This document shows, in pieces, positions 29,535-38,829 of a stretch of DNA of 64,000 bases; position 1 is the stretch's first letter, and the number at the start of each line of letters is the position of its first letter. Made by a program: the position numbers and the translations under genes. The notes beneath the pieces are model-generated. The model was not told the DNA's origin, made no database searches, and saw only the letters and a program-made list of their open reading frames with translations. This DNA is from an uncultured SAR86 cluster bacterium. Lineage in GTDB: Bacteria; Pseudomonadota; Gammaproteobacteria; Magnimaribacterales; D2472. The stretch covers positions 133,859-197,858 of the forward strand of contig CACNRI010000003.1 in the NCBI GenBank assembly GCA_902622845.1, in the 5' to 3' direction.

Positions 29535-29982
29535 TTATTATTTGATAAGACGAGGGATTAGAGCGAACTACCTTAATATCTGATGGGTTCTTGTTAAAAA
29601 ATAATGAGAACTCATTAATGGTTGGTGTCAATAAATCCAATCTTTCAATATCAAAAGTGAGTCTTTCTGATCCATTAATATTCTGAAGTTTAAGCATATC
29701 TAAATCTAGAAACTTAAGCTTTTCATTTGATGAAACAAAATCATAAATGCTAACTCCGGATAACTTAATATTTTGAGATAGAACATTATCTGATATGATT
29801 TTTGCTTTTTGAAGGACATATAAATAGTCTGCTTCAACACTATTATGAATTCTCTTTATATTTCTAAAGTCTGAGAAAATAGAATTTAGTAATAGAGAAA
29901 AAGATAAAATAAACAACAACACTAAAGAGGAAATAACTAACTTCTTTTCCCTAGCACTTAAATCATTATAAAAATTTATCAT
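29524..29982 (-). CDS. gspM: T2SS protein GspM-like
   Basis: LSAREKKLV followed by a TM helix; last gene of the gsp operon. Confidence 0.7.
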   Translation of the reverse strand: MINFYNDLSAREKKLVISSLVLLFILSFSLLLNSIFSDFRNIKRIHNSVEADYLYVLQKAKIISDNVLSQNIKLSGVSIYDFVSSNEKLKFLDLDMLKLQNINGSERLTFDIERLDLLTPTINEFSLFFNKNPSDIKVVRSNPSSYQIIINF

Positions 29983-31085
29983 TGGTATCTAAAAGTTAAT
30001 TCCCCAGAAATATTTGATTCATCTTTTATTATGTTTTCATCAATCAAAACAACTCCAAAATTGTTGAATAAAGTTTTTGCAAGATTAAACTGAGAAGCAG
30101 GCATATCATCAATTTCAATAACAAGTTGTTGAGTCTCAATTACAATCTGAGTAGATTTAACATAATCTAAATTAAACCTTTCAATATACTTAAAATAAGA
30201 GTTATCAAATTCATATCTTTCAATTAATTGAGTTTGTTGATTTGCGAGGAGTTGATCAATTTGTGCACGAGCGTTAATCACTCTATTAAAATTTGGGTTA
30301 AGCGTTTTAAATATTATTAGTGTCTCCTTTTTATAGTTGTCTATTTGGTTTTGAAGGATATTTTTTTGAATAAATGGAAAACTTATAATTATTAGAAGAA
30401 ATACAGATAGTAAGACAACATCTTTTTTATTTATCATTAATTTGTTTAAAACATTTGCAATAGTCGGCCTAAATTTAAAGAAATTAATGGAAGGGTCATT
30501 TGATGCAAGAAATTGTTGTTGCAAGTTCTCTAAATCTCCTGATTTTTCGTCAAGATGATCAATAGCTATAGACTCTAAAAAAGAATCACTTTGTTCTTTT
30601 GATAGGGAGAATCCTCTACCATCTGAAAGCTTAATTAATAATTTATTTTTGGTTTTTATTGAAAGATCTTTATCCTTTTCACTGAGTAAAAAATATTCCG
30701 GAATTAAAAAGATTTTATTATTCAGTCTACTTAGCTCATTCTGAATATTTTCATAATATTCCTTATCAATCAGAAAAACTAAATCATTATTATTTTCTGA
30801 AAAAGAGAAAAATTTCTGGTTAGAGATATCATTTACAAGAATATCTTCTTTGTCTGCAAAAAACCTTGCTTCATATTTCTCTTTTGTTTCACTTTCTTCT
30901 TTTTTGAAGTTGAACGTTGATATCTTTGAGCTATCTAAAAGAAAATAAATTATTGAAGCAGTATCTATATTACTTCTTAAATTATTTAAAGTTATTTCTT
31001 CTTCCTTAATCTTTTTATTACCTTCAAAATAAACTAAATTAAGCTTCTTTGAAGAAAAAATTGTTGAAATAATATATTGCTTCAT
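29979..31085 (-). CDS. gspL: T2SS protein GspL
   Basis: Cytoplasmic domain (LIPEYFLL), single TM, periplasmic domain (VINARAQ); operon position. Confidence 0.75.
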   Translation of the reverse strand: MKQYIISTIFSSKKLNLVYFEGNKKIKEEEITLNNLRSNIDTASIIYFLLDSSKISTFNFKKEESETKEKYEARFFADKEDILVNDISNQKFFSFSENNNDLVFLIDKEYYENIQNELSRLNNKIFLIPEYFLLSEKDKDLSIKTKNKLLIKLSDGRGFSLSKEQSDSFLESIAIDHLDEKSGDLENLQQQFLASNDPSINFFKFRPTIANVLNKLMINKKDVVLLSVFLLIIISFPFIQKNILQNQIDNYKKETLIIFKTLNPNFNRVINARAQIDQLLANQQTQLIERYEFDNSYFKYIERFNLDYVKSTQIVIETQQLVIEIDDMPASQFNLAKTLFNNFGVVLIDENIIKDESNISGELTFRYQ

Positions 31086-32048
31086 CTAATTATTATATGT
31101 TCTTGTTGTAATAGTAGCTCTTCCCTTCTCTATTGCAATTAAAGATTTACTTTTGAATGAATAATTTTCATAAATCGTATCAGATATTAAATAAAAACTT
31201 TCTGTATTAGTTGAAAAATTATTCATGCGTTTATCAGGTAAGTAGTTTGTAAATGCATCTTTAAATTCTTCAATAGTTTTGAATCCATCAATAGGGTTAT
31301 TCATGATCAAATATTCTGCATCATCTATTGAAATTCCCAAATAAGATGCAACAACAAGAGCGTCCTCTAACTCAAGTGTATTTACATTTATATTTGTTTT
31401 TTCAGAATATGGAATAACACATATGTATTTCTTCAATTCATTTAAATCAAACTCTCTTGAAGCTGGTAAGTTATTTAATTCTGAGAAATCATGAAGAGTT
31501 CTTTTGGATGTATATTGTCTTGGTTCGTTGATTGGGCCTGTATAGAAATAATCTTCATATCCATTTGATCTTGGCTGATCATCATAATCAACCCAATCAA
31601 TAATCTGGTCTATTAATGAATCAATTTGTCTATCTTCATAATTAAGTAATAACAACATATCACTTAAAACATTTATAGATCTATCATTAGGAAGCTTGTT
31701 ATTTTCAGTAGAAATTAATAACGAGTTTAAGTTAAAGCAATTTGACGTATCTACTAATCTGGAGCGAATAAGGAATCCATTACTCTCAAAAAATATTTCA
31801 TCCTTCAATAATTGATCATTTTTTGAAAGATATCCTTTGTTATATCTTAAATTTTGATCGATTAGATCTATGCCAAGACTTTCCATATTTCTTTGAAGTT
31901 GTATAGATGTTGATTGAAATTCAATATATGTTGATCTTTTGATAGATTTAAAAAATATCTCGCCAAGGGATACACTTATTCCAGAAAGAATAAGAACAAT
32001 GAGTAGCACTGAGATTAACACCACCCCTCTTTTATTATCTGTATACAT
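31086..32048 (-). CDS. gspK: T2SS minor pseudopilin GspK
   Basis: RGVVLISVL prepilin site, CFNLN, DWVDYDD, ININT-like motif. Confidence 0.9.
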   Translation of the reverse strand: MYTDNKRGVVLISVLLIVLILSGISVSLGEIFFKSIKRSTYIEFQSTSIQLQRNMESLGIDLIDQNLRYNKGYLSKNDQLLKDEIFFESNGFLIRSRLVDTSNCFNLNSLLISTENNKLPNDRSINVLSDMLLLLNYEDRQIDSLIDQIIDWVDYDDQPRSNGYEDYFYTGPINEPRQYTSKRTLHDFSELNNLPASREFDLNELKKYICVIPYSEKTNINVNTLELEDALVVASYLGISIDDAEYLIMNNPIDGFKTIEEFKDAFTNYLPDKRMNNFSTNTESFYLISDTIYENYSFKSKSLIAIEKGRATITTRTYNN

Positions 32049-32622
32049 AATCTATGTTTGGATCAATAATTATTTCAAAATCTCTGTCATTATCATTTAT
32101 CTCAATTTTCACAAGTTTCGGAATTATAAATGCAGCAGTTTGCCCAGCAGGCCACTCAGTGAACCATCGGTTGTCAATAAGAAACGATATTTCTACATCA
32201 TCAATATTATTGAAAATGACTGAATCTATATAATCATCATAATCATAAGGATCTGCTGTAAAGTAAACTCTTCTAATAAATTTTGTATCATCGAATAAAT
32301 ATTCAATTCTTGAGATAGACGATCTCGAACTATCAATCCTATTGATAAAACTGAGGAAAGTAATTTTCTTATCGGTATTGCTCCCTATAAAATTAGGTAG
32401 CTGATTCCCAAAGTTATCTCGCATTGGTAAATTCACTACTGACATAAGATCTCTTCTTATAGTGCTCACGCCTAAGTTAAATACTTTTATATCATCTACT
32501 TTTGATTTACTTTGATTCCTTAAATCAATTGATGATTGAAGAAAATTTGTAGAAACAATCGCAATTATTGAAAGAATAACTAAAGATATTAATACTTCTA
32601 TTAGTGTAAAACCTTTTTTCAT
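32035..32622 (-). CDS. gspJ: T2SS minor pseudopilin GspJ
   Basis: GFTLIEVL N-methylation motif. Confidence 0.9.
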   Translation of the reverse strand: MKKGFTLIEVLISLVILSIIAIVSTNFLQSSIDLRNQSKSKVDDIKVFNLGVSTIRRDLMSVVNLPMRDNFGNQLPNFIGSNTDKKITFLSFINRIDSSRSSISRIEYLFDDTKFIRRVYFTADPYDYDDYIDSVIFNNIDDVEISFLIDNRWFTEWPAGQTAAFIIPKLVKIEINDNDRDFEIIIDPNIDYVYR

Positions 32623-32985
32623 TTAATTTTTTTTTAAAAACCCCTTAGTTTCATAAATAACTTGGGAGTTATCTTTTTTAGTTATTTGTATTTGATATTC
32701 AATATAAGATTTCATTGGGGCCTCATTAAACGTTTCTTTCCACTCCCACTCATCTCCATAAAACACCAAGGTGCCGCTTCTATTTTTTTGATTAAATGGT
32801 TTTTCTAAAGTATTGATTAAAGAAATCCTGTTATTTGCTATCTCTCTAGCGATTACTCTATTTTCTAAAGAGAAGATTGATAAAGTTGTTGAGCTCAATG
32901 TCTGATAAACCGACATAACAGCGACGCTTAGTATTAAAAGCGATACCGAAACCTCTATTAAGCTAAAGCCTCTCTTAAAATTCAT
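32623..32985 (-). CDS. gspI: T2SS minor pseudopilin GspI
   Basis: GFSLIEV motif, 120 aa. Confidence 0.9.
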   Translation of the reverse strand: MNFKRGFSLIEVSVSLLILSVAVMSVYQTLSSTTLSIFSLENRVIAREIANNRISLINTLEKPFNQKNRSGTLVFYGDEWEWKETFNEAPMKSYIEYQIQITKKDNSQVIYETKGFLKKN

Positions 32986-33475
32986 CAGTTTTTAAGAATT
33001 CTCCTCCATGAGTAAGAACAAAGTTATATTTCTGATTATCATTGTAAAAAGTGAATTTTGCTCCAGTTGTTTCGCCAGATGGATAAAATAAAATATAAGG
33101 CAAATCTAAATTATCATTAGATAGCTTAAATTTAAGACCATCGCTTGTTTCTATTTCTTTTTCAAAATCAATAAATTCATTCCAAGTGTAGCTATAAATG
33201 GGTTTAGTATTTATTTGAATTTCTTCATTAGCTATTTCATAAACAGCTTGTTCATTTGTATTTGCATACCATCCTAAGACTTTTCCACGAATAATGCTTT
33301 CTTGGGAGATTTCAGAAAAGTTTTCTTCTAATGTCCTAGGCGAGTTACTAATATTAACAATATTGGTATTCAAAAGAAGTATTGATGACATCAAGCCAAC
33401 AATTACAATTACAATAAGTAATTCTATTAATGTAAATCCTGGTTTTTTATTTAAGCCAATTACCAAGGTCTGCAT
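32975..33475 (-). CDS. gspH: T2SS minor pseudopilin GspH
   Basis: GFTLIELL motif, ILFYPSGE; start likely ATG 33475 overlapping the gspG end. Confidence 0.88.
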   Translation of the reverse strand: MQTLVIGLNKKPGFTLIELLIVIVIVGLMSSILLLNTNIVNISNSPRTLEENFSEISQESIIRGKVLGWYANTNEQAVYEIANEEIQINTKPIYSYTWNEFIDFEKEIETSDGLKFKLSNDNLDLPYILFYPSGETTGAKFTFYNDNQKYNFVLTHGGEFLKTDEF

Positions 33476-33866
33476 TTTCACCTGTTCCTCCTTCCACTCC
33501 ATCAGCACCTAAAGTGTAGACATCATAGGATGAGTTTTTTAAGCCAGGATACAGATAAAGGTATTCTCTACCCCATGGATCTTGAGGGAAAGACTTTATA
33601 TATCCACCTTCAGGATAAAGTGACGGTCGTTTAAGATCTGACGGAGGAACAACTAATGACTGTATTCCTTGATCAGTAGTTGGGTAAGTTAGCTCATTAA
33701 ATTTATAAAGTTCTAGCGCTTTCTCAATTTGTGAAATATCTGCTCTTACTTTTTCTAAATTTGCTCTTTGGAGAAAAGGAGATACATTAACTGCAACTAC
33801 TGTAGCTAGTATGCCAAGTATCACAATTACTGCCATAAGCTCAATTAAAGTAAATCCTTTTTTCAT
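33447..33866 (-). CDS. gspG: T2SS major pseudopilin GspG
   Basis: GFTLIELM, YPTTDQG, DPWGREY, GADGVEGG. Confidence 0.96.
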   Translation of the reverse strand: MKKGFTLIELMAVIVILGILATVVAVNVSPFLQRANLEKVRADISQIEKALELYKFNELTYPTTDQGIQSLVVPPSDLKRPSLYPEGGYIKSFPQDPWGREYLYLYPGLKNSSYDVYTLGADGVEGGTGENADLGNWLK

Positions 33867-33868
33867 AG

Positions 33869-35062
33869 TTAATTTAATATTAGTGTGTTCATTTGCATTA
33901 TAGGAATAAGTATAGCCATAACGATTAAAAGAATAAATCCACCCATCACAATAATGATTAATGGTTCTATGAGAGATAGGACAGTTGAGCGAGTTGTTTC
34001 AATCTCAGATTTCATAAAGTTAGAAGCTTTTTTGAACATCGGAGTGAGATTGCCAGACCTGTAACCGCTGGAAATGAGTTGGTTAAAGATATCTGGAAAT
34101 ATCTGTTCGCGGGTTAAAGCACGTGAAAAATCAGAACCCTCTTTTACTGACTTTATTATTTTGTTCAGGCGATATTTAAGATAAGCATTATTCAAAACAT
34201 CAGATGTTTCTTTTAGCGCATCATCTAGAACTATTCCTGATGACATCAATAAGTACATAGTACTACTGAATCTTTCAGTCTCAGATTTTAATAAAAATGC
34301 TCCAAATATTGGAATTTTAAGAAATATTCTATGAATATTTATTGTCTTATCAGTACTTCGCAACTTCTTATAATAAAAAAAAGAAACACCTAATATCAGT
34401 AGAATAGACGGGATTATATAAATCATATTAGAAGATATATTCATTAATATTGATGTAAGTAAGGGAAGATCAACACCTGATTTAACGAATTGATTTACAA
34501 CCTGAGGCATTACAAAAGTAAGTAGTGAAATTACTACTACTATTGAAAAAGAAAAAAGAATAAACGGATATGTTAAAGCAGTACGAACTTTCTGATTAAT
34601 AGATAAACTTTCTTCAAGATAATCTGACAATGATTTAAACATCTCAACAAGTCTTCCTGAAGTATCACCAGCTTTAATTAAAGACACATATGTATTATCA
34701 AAAACTTGAGGATAAGCCTCCATAGCATTACCTAGTCTTTTGCCCTGAATTATTTCATCTCTTAAATTAAATAATATATTTTTTAAATCTTTATTTTTAA
34801 CTTGCTCAGCAGTCATTTTTAAAGCCTCATCAATTTGCGCAGCTGCCTCAAGAAGTGTTCCAATTTGCCTAGTAGCAAGAACCAAATCCTTATTTTTGAT
34901 TTTATATCTTTTGGTAGTTTGAGATTTTATTTCTTTAAGTTTGTGTGGTATTAGATTTAGACTTTTTATTTCCTTTCTTGCCAATCTTTCACTTTCGGCA
35001 TTTATAAATCCTGATTGAACCGAGCCTTCAGAATCAAAAGCCTTATAACTATACGAAGGCAT
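33869..35062 (-). CDS. gspF: T2SS inner membrane platform protein GspF
   Basis: Three TMs, ALTYP, SLIEP, AILIPI. Confidence 0.95.
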   Translation of the reverse strand: MPSYSYKAFDSEGSVQSGFINAESERLARKEIKSLNLIPHKLKEIKSQTTKRYKIKNKDLVLATRQIGTLLEAAAQIDEALKMTAEQVKNKDLKNILFNLRDEIIQGKRLGNAMEAYPQVFDNTYVSLIKAGDTSGRLVEMFKSLSDYLEESLSINQKVRTALTYPFILFSFSIVVVISLLTFVMPQVVNQFVKSGVDLPLLTSILMNISSNMIYIIPSILLILGVSFFYYKKLRSTDKTINIHRIFLKIPIFGAFLLKSETERFSSTMYLLMSSGIVLDDALKETSDVLNNAYLKYRLNKIIKSVKEGSDFSRALTREQIFPDIFNQLISSGYRSGNLTPMFKKASNFMKSEIETTRSTVLSLIEPLIIIVMGGFILLIVMAILIPIMQMNTLILN

Positions 35063-36554
35063 CTTCTTTTATATTGTTAGATCTAATGAGCTCATCACAA
35101 GACGTTATACCTTTTATAAGAAGATCTGAGCATGAAGAATTTATAGACGGAGCATTTTTAAATACATAATCCTTAATCTCATTCTCTGACTTTTCGTTAT
35201 GAATCATATCTTTAATGGTTTTATCAACATTTACGGACTCGGCAACAGCAATTCTTCCTCTGTATCCAGTACCGTTACACTTATCACAGCCCTTGTGATC
35301 ATAAACTTCAAGATTATGCTTAAGACCAAACAAATCAGCAATGTCTTTGTTAATAGTGGTTTTAACTTTGCAGCTATCACATAACCTTCTTACAAGTCTT
35401 TGAGAAATTACTGTTTTCAAACTTGAAGATATTAAAAATGATTCTATTCCCATATCTCTCAACCTAGTTATAGCTCCAACAGCGCTATTTGTGTGTACTG
35501 TTGATAAAACTAGATGGCCCGTTAAGCTAGCCTGAATAGCAATTTGGGCAGTTTCTGTGTCTCTTATTTCTCCCACCATCACGACATCAGGATCTTGCCT
35601 GAGCATTGCGCGTAATCCCGTAGCGAAAGAGTAACCAGTCTTTTGATTAACCTGTGTTTGGCCAATGCCCTTCAGGGTATATTCAATTGGATCCTCAACA
35701 GTAAGAATATTTTGAGACGAGTCACTAAGATCTCTAAGACCAGCATAAAGTGTTGTAGTTTTTCCTGAACCTGTTGGTCCAGTGACTAGAATAATACCTT
35801 CTGATTCACTTAAAGACTTCTTGTAGGTTGAAAGTATTGTTCGCGGTAAACCAAGATCATTAATATTGATTTGTGCTGATTGTTTATCTAAGAGTCTTAA
35901 TACAATTCTTTCTCCATATGTAGATGGTAAAGTTGAAACACGAACATCAACATTTTTATCTCCTAGTGATAATGAAACTCTTCCATCCTGTGGCAACCTC
36001 CTTTCAGAAATATCAAGTTTTGAAATTATCTTTAATCTGGCAATAATTAATGGTGTGAGTCGAGGATCTTGAGATAAAACTTCTTGCAGTATTCCATCTA
36101 TCCTATATCTAACTGATAAAGAATCTTCATAGGGCTCAAAATGAATATCAGATGCTCTTAACTTAATTGCCTGACTTAAAATACCATTTATAAGCTTTAT
36201 GATTGGGGCATCATTGCTCCCGCTTAACAGATCTTCTGTAGCTGTAATTGTTCCTGCGAAAGTTTTAAGATCAAAATTATCTTTAAGTTCTTCTGAAAGT
36301 TCTGAGTTTTGAGAAATTACAGAAAAATTTGACGTTATAAGGCTATTTAACTCCTCAGCATTACAAATTTCTACTTCGAATGATTTACCTATATATCTTA
36401 ATAGCTCCTGATGTATATCAAAGCTTAGCTCTGAAGTTGAATAAATCTTAATTTCACCATTTTTATCTATACCAAAGATATTATTCTGTTTTACGAAGTC
36501 GTATGGAAGAATGCTTGATATTTCAGCCATAACATCATTGGGTATATCGGACAT
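35049..36554 (-). CDS. gspE: T2SS ATPase GspE
   Basis: GPTGSGKTTT, EDPIEY, RQDPDVVMVGEIRD, tetracysteine motif. Confidence 0.96.
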   Translation of the reverse strand: MSDIPNDVMAEISSILPYDFVKQNNIFGIDKNGEIKIYSTSELSFDIHQELLRYIGKSFEVEICNAEELNSLITSNFSVISQNSELSEELKDNFDLKTFAGTITATEDLLSGSNDAPIIKLINGILSQAIKLRASDIHFEPYEDSLSVRYRIDGILQEVLSQDPRLTPLIIARLKIISKLDISERRLPQDGRVSLSLGDKNVDVRVSTLPSTYGERIVLRLLDKQSAQININDLGLPRTILSTYKKSLSESEGIILVTGPTGSGKTTTLYAGLRDLSDSSQNILTVEDPIEYTLKGIGQTQVNQKTGYSFATGLRAMLRQDPDVVMVGEIRDTETAQIAIQASLTGHLVLSTVHTNSAVGAITRLRDMGIESFLISSSLKTVISQRLVRRLCDSCKVKTTINKDIADLFGLKHNLEVYDHKGCDKCNGTGYRGRIAVAESVNVDKTIKDMIHNEKSENEIKDYVFKNAPSINSSCSDLLIKGITSCDELIRSNNIKEDAFV

Positions 36555-38402
36555 CTATTTATCTTTTGTGAGGTCGATTAACTTAGATTGCTGCTTAAGT
36601 AACTGTTCTGCTTTTATGAAGTTATACTTTTCAGTCGAAATCTGAGAAACCGATTCTGAGTCAACTAAAATCTTAGGTCTTAAAAAGACCATTAAATTCT
36701 TTTTAACTTTTGATTCACTGGATGATTGAAATAATTTACCTAAAACTGGAATTGAACCTAGGACAGGAACTCTCTGAATATCTTCCTGTATATCTTCATC
36801 AACCAAACCACCCAAAACAATAATTTGATTGTTATCTACCAATACAGTTGTTTCAATTGTTCTTTTATTTGTAATTAAATCAGTAGTCCCGGTTAAAGGG
36901 CCAGCGACACCAGATACTTCCTGTTTTATCTCCAAGATAACTGAATTTCCCTCATTAATTTGAGGCTTTACCGACAGCTTTATACCTACCTCTTCTCTTG
37001 AGGTTGTCCTGAAGGGATTTGTATTATTTGAACCTAAACTTTCACCTGTTGTTATAGGAATTTCCTGACCAATAACAGTAGAAGCTTCCTCATTGTCCAT
37101 TGCCAATAATGATGTAGTAGTCAAGATATTGGAATTCTTATCTGCATCTATGGCATTAATGATCGCTATCATGCTGTCATCATCCTCTGATATTCTTCCA
37201 ATACCTGCAATTATTCCTTGAGAGTTTAAAAGTGAATTAGCTGCAATATTTGAAAAATTTGCATTATCACCTGATTCAATCGCAGATCCTGTTAAACCTA
37301 ACAGATCAGGTCCTGTTCCGTTCTGAAATCTAGTAATCCCAATAGGTATTTCTCCATCCTCTGCACCGGCAAAGATAGTTTCTACACCCAAACTTCTTGC
37401 GGCTGTTTCTGAAAGCTCAACGACTATAGCTTCTACTAATACTTGAGCCCTTCTAATATCAAGTTTAGATATAAGATTTTTTATAGTTGCTATATTTGAT
37501 TCATCACTGGACACTACGACAGAATTAGTTGGTGAATGGTGTGTAACAATTGGTTTTTCAGATTCTGAAGAAATAAATCTTGAAGCTATAGAACTAACTA
37601 TTCCAGCAACCTCCTCAGCATTGGCATATTTAAGGTATATAACAGCAACTGAACCTTCACTAATTGCATCAGCATCTAATTGCTTGAGTGTTTCTTTAAT
37701 TATGTTTGTTGTAATTGAGTTGGCAGATACTATTACAGAATTTGATGCACTAAAGGAAATTGCAACAAAATTATTAATTGTTGGATTGTTTTGAGCTTTA
37801 AGTTTTTCTAAAATTCTTACCGCCTCAACAGATGAAAGATTTTTTAAATCTATAATGGAGACAGCTGCGGTATTATCTTGATCAAGGGCTAATATTAAAT
37901 CAGCTATTCTTTCAACATTACTTGCTCTATCAACAATTAAAATAGAATTTATAGACGCAATGCTTGAAACGTTTGCTTGTCTTCCAGCAATAGGTTTGAG
38001 CATTGGCAATAACTCAATTGAAGATCGGTTATTAAGTCCAATAATTCTTGTTACAAACTCCCCATCAGAATCAGCTGAATTACTATCTCTAGTTGCTTCA
38101 TTTTCTGGAACGATTCTTACAAAATTATCATCATTTATAGCGCTAAATCCATTTACTTGAATAGTTCTTAAATACACATCCCAAACTTCATCTGATGAGA
38201 GTGATGAATTAGAAAAAATAGTCACTTTACCTTTGACTCTTGGATCAAGAATGATTGTTTTTCTTGAAAAATTTGCAATATCTTGGGTGACTTTTTTAAT
38301 ATCTACATCTTCATAATTAAGAATAAATGATTCTTGGGAAAAAGCACTTAGGCTAATAAGAGTTAAATTAAATATAAAGATTTTTTTTATAATACTAATC
38401 AT
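36555..38402 (-). CDS. gspD: T2SS secretin GspD
   Basis: LDPRVKGKVT N0 domain, DIRRAQVLVEAIVVE, VPVLGSIPVLGKLF secretin motif; short C-terminus. Confidence 0.96.
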   Translation of the reverse strand: MISIIKKIFIFNLTLISLSAFSQESFILNYEDVDIKKVTQDIANFSRKTIILDPRVKGKVTIFSNSSLSSDEVWDVYLRTIQVNGFSAINDDNFVRIVPENEATRDSNSADSDGEFVTRIIGLNNRSSIELLPMLKPIAGRQANVSSIASINSILIVDRASNVERIADLILALDQDNTAAVSIIDLKNLSSVEAVRILEKLKAQNNPTINNFVAISFSASNSVIVSANSITTNIIKETLKQLDADAISEGSVAVIYLKYANAEEVAGIVSSIASRFISSESEKPIVTHHSPTNSVVVSSDESNIATIKNLISKLDIRRAQVLVEAIVVELSETAARSLGVETIFAGAEDGEIPIGITRFQNGTGPDLLGLTGSAIESGDNANFSNIAANSLLNSQGIIAGIGRISEDDDSMIAIINAIDADKNSNILTTTSLLAMDNEEASTVIGQEIPITTGESLGSNNTNPFRTTSREEVGIKLSVKPQINEGNSVILEIKQEVSGVAGPLTGTTDLITNKRTIETTVLVDNNQIIVLGGLVDEDIQEDIQRVPVLGSIPVLGKLFQSSSESKVKKNLMVFLRPKILVDSESVSQISTEKYNFIKAEQLLKQQSKLIDLTKDK

Positions 38403-38775
38403 TTTTAAACCTATTAATTATTGTAAATTCTTTACCCTGAAATTCAAAAATAATTATGTCATTGTTAACTTTAACAAGCTTATATTTATTTTCGAGCAAT
38501 TCATTTAGCTGAACAACATATTCCTTTCCTCCTTTTTTAACAATTACTGAGGTATTAATATCTCCTAATCTAACTGCAGCAAGCTCATAATTAAAGCTTG
38601 TAGGAGGAGTATTTGAAATCTGATTTGTTGAAACTTGTTTTATCTCCATTGGTCTTACAATAGAAAAGGCCTCAGTCTTGGTGGAGTTAATTAGCATGTA
38701 CATATTTATAAAAAGATACAGAGCAATAGATACAGCCAGTAAATATATTAAATATTTAAGATTAATTTTATTCAT
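38395..38775 (-). CDS. gspC: minimal GspC-like protein (TM plus HR domain)
   Basis: N-terminal TM, short beta-rich domain, first gene of the gsp operon; no PDZ domain. Confidence 0.65.
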   Translation of the reverse strand: MNKINLKYLIYLLAVSIALYLFINMYMLINSTKTEAFSIVRPMEIKQVSTNQISNTPPTSFNYELAAVRLGDINTSVIVKKGGKEYVVQLNELLENKYKLVKVNNDIIIFEFQGKEFTIINRFKND

Positions 38776-38783
38776 AATAAAAA

Positions 38784-38810
38784 AAATGAGCTACTAAGTG
38801 TAGCTCATTT
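38784..38810 (-). terminator. intrinsic terminator/attenuator between the TonB-dependent receptor and gspC
   Basis: Minus strand AAATGAGCTAC-ACTTA-GTAGCTCATTT followed by a U run ending a few nt before the gspC ATG. Confidence 0.75.
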
Positions 38811-38829
38811 CATAGAAATATACCTCTTA

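Noticed and set aside
29524-38775. Type IV pilus or competence operon
   Set aside because: Gene order C-D-E-F-G-H-I-J-K-L-M, the GspG-type major pilin and the GspD N0 domain indicate T2SS; no pilT or pilMNOP.
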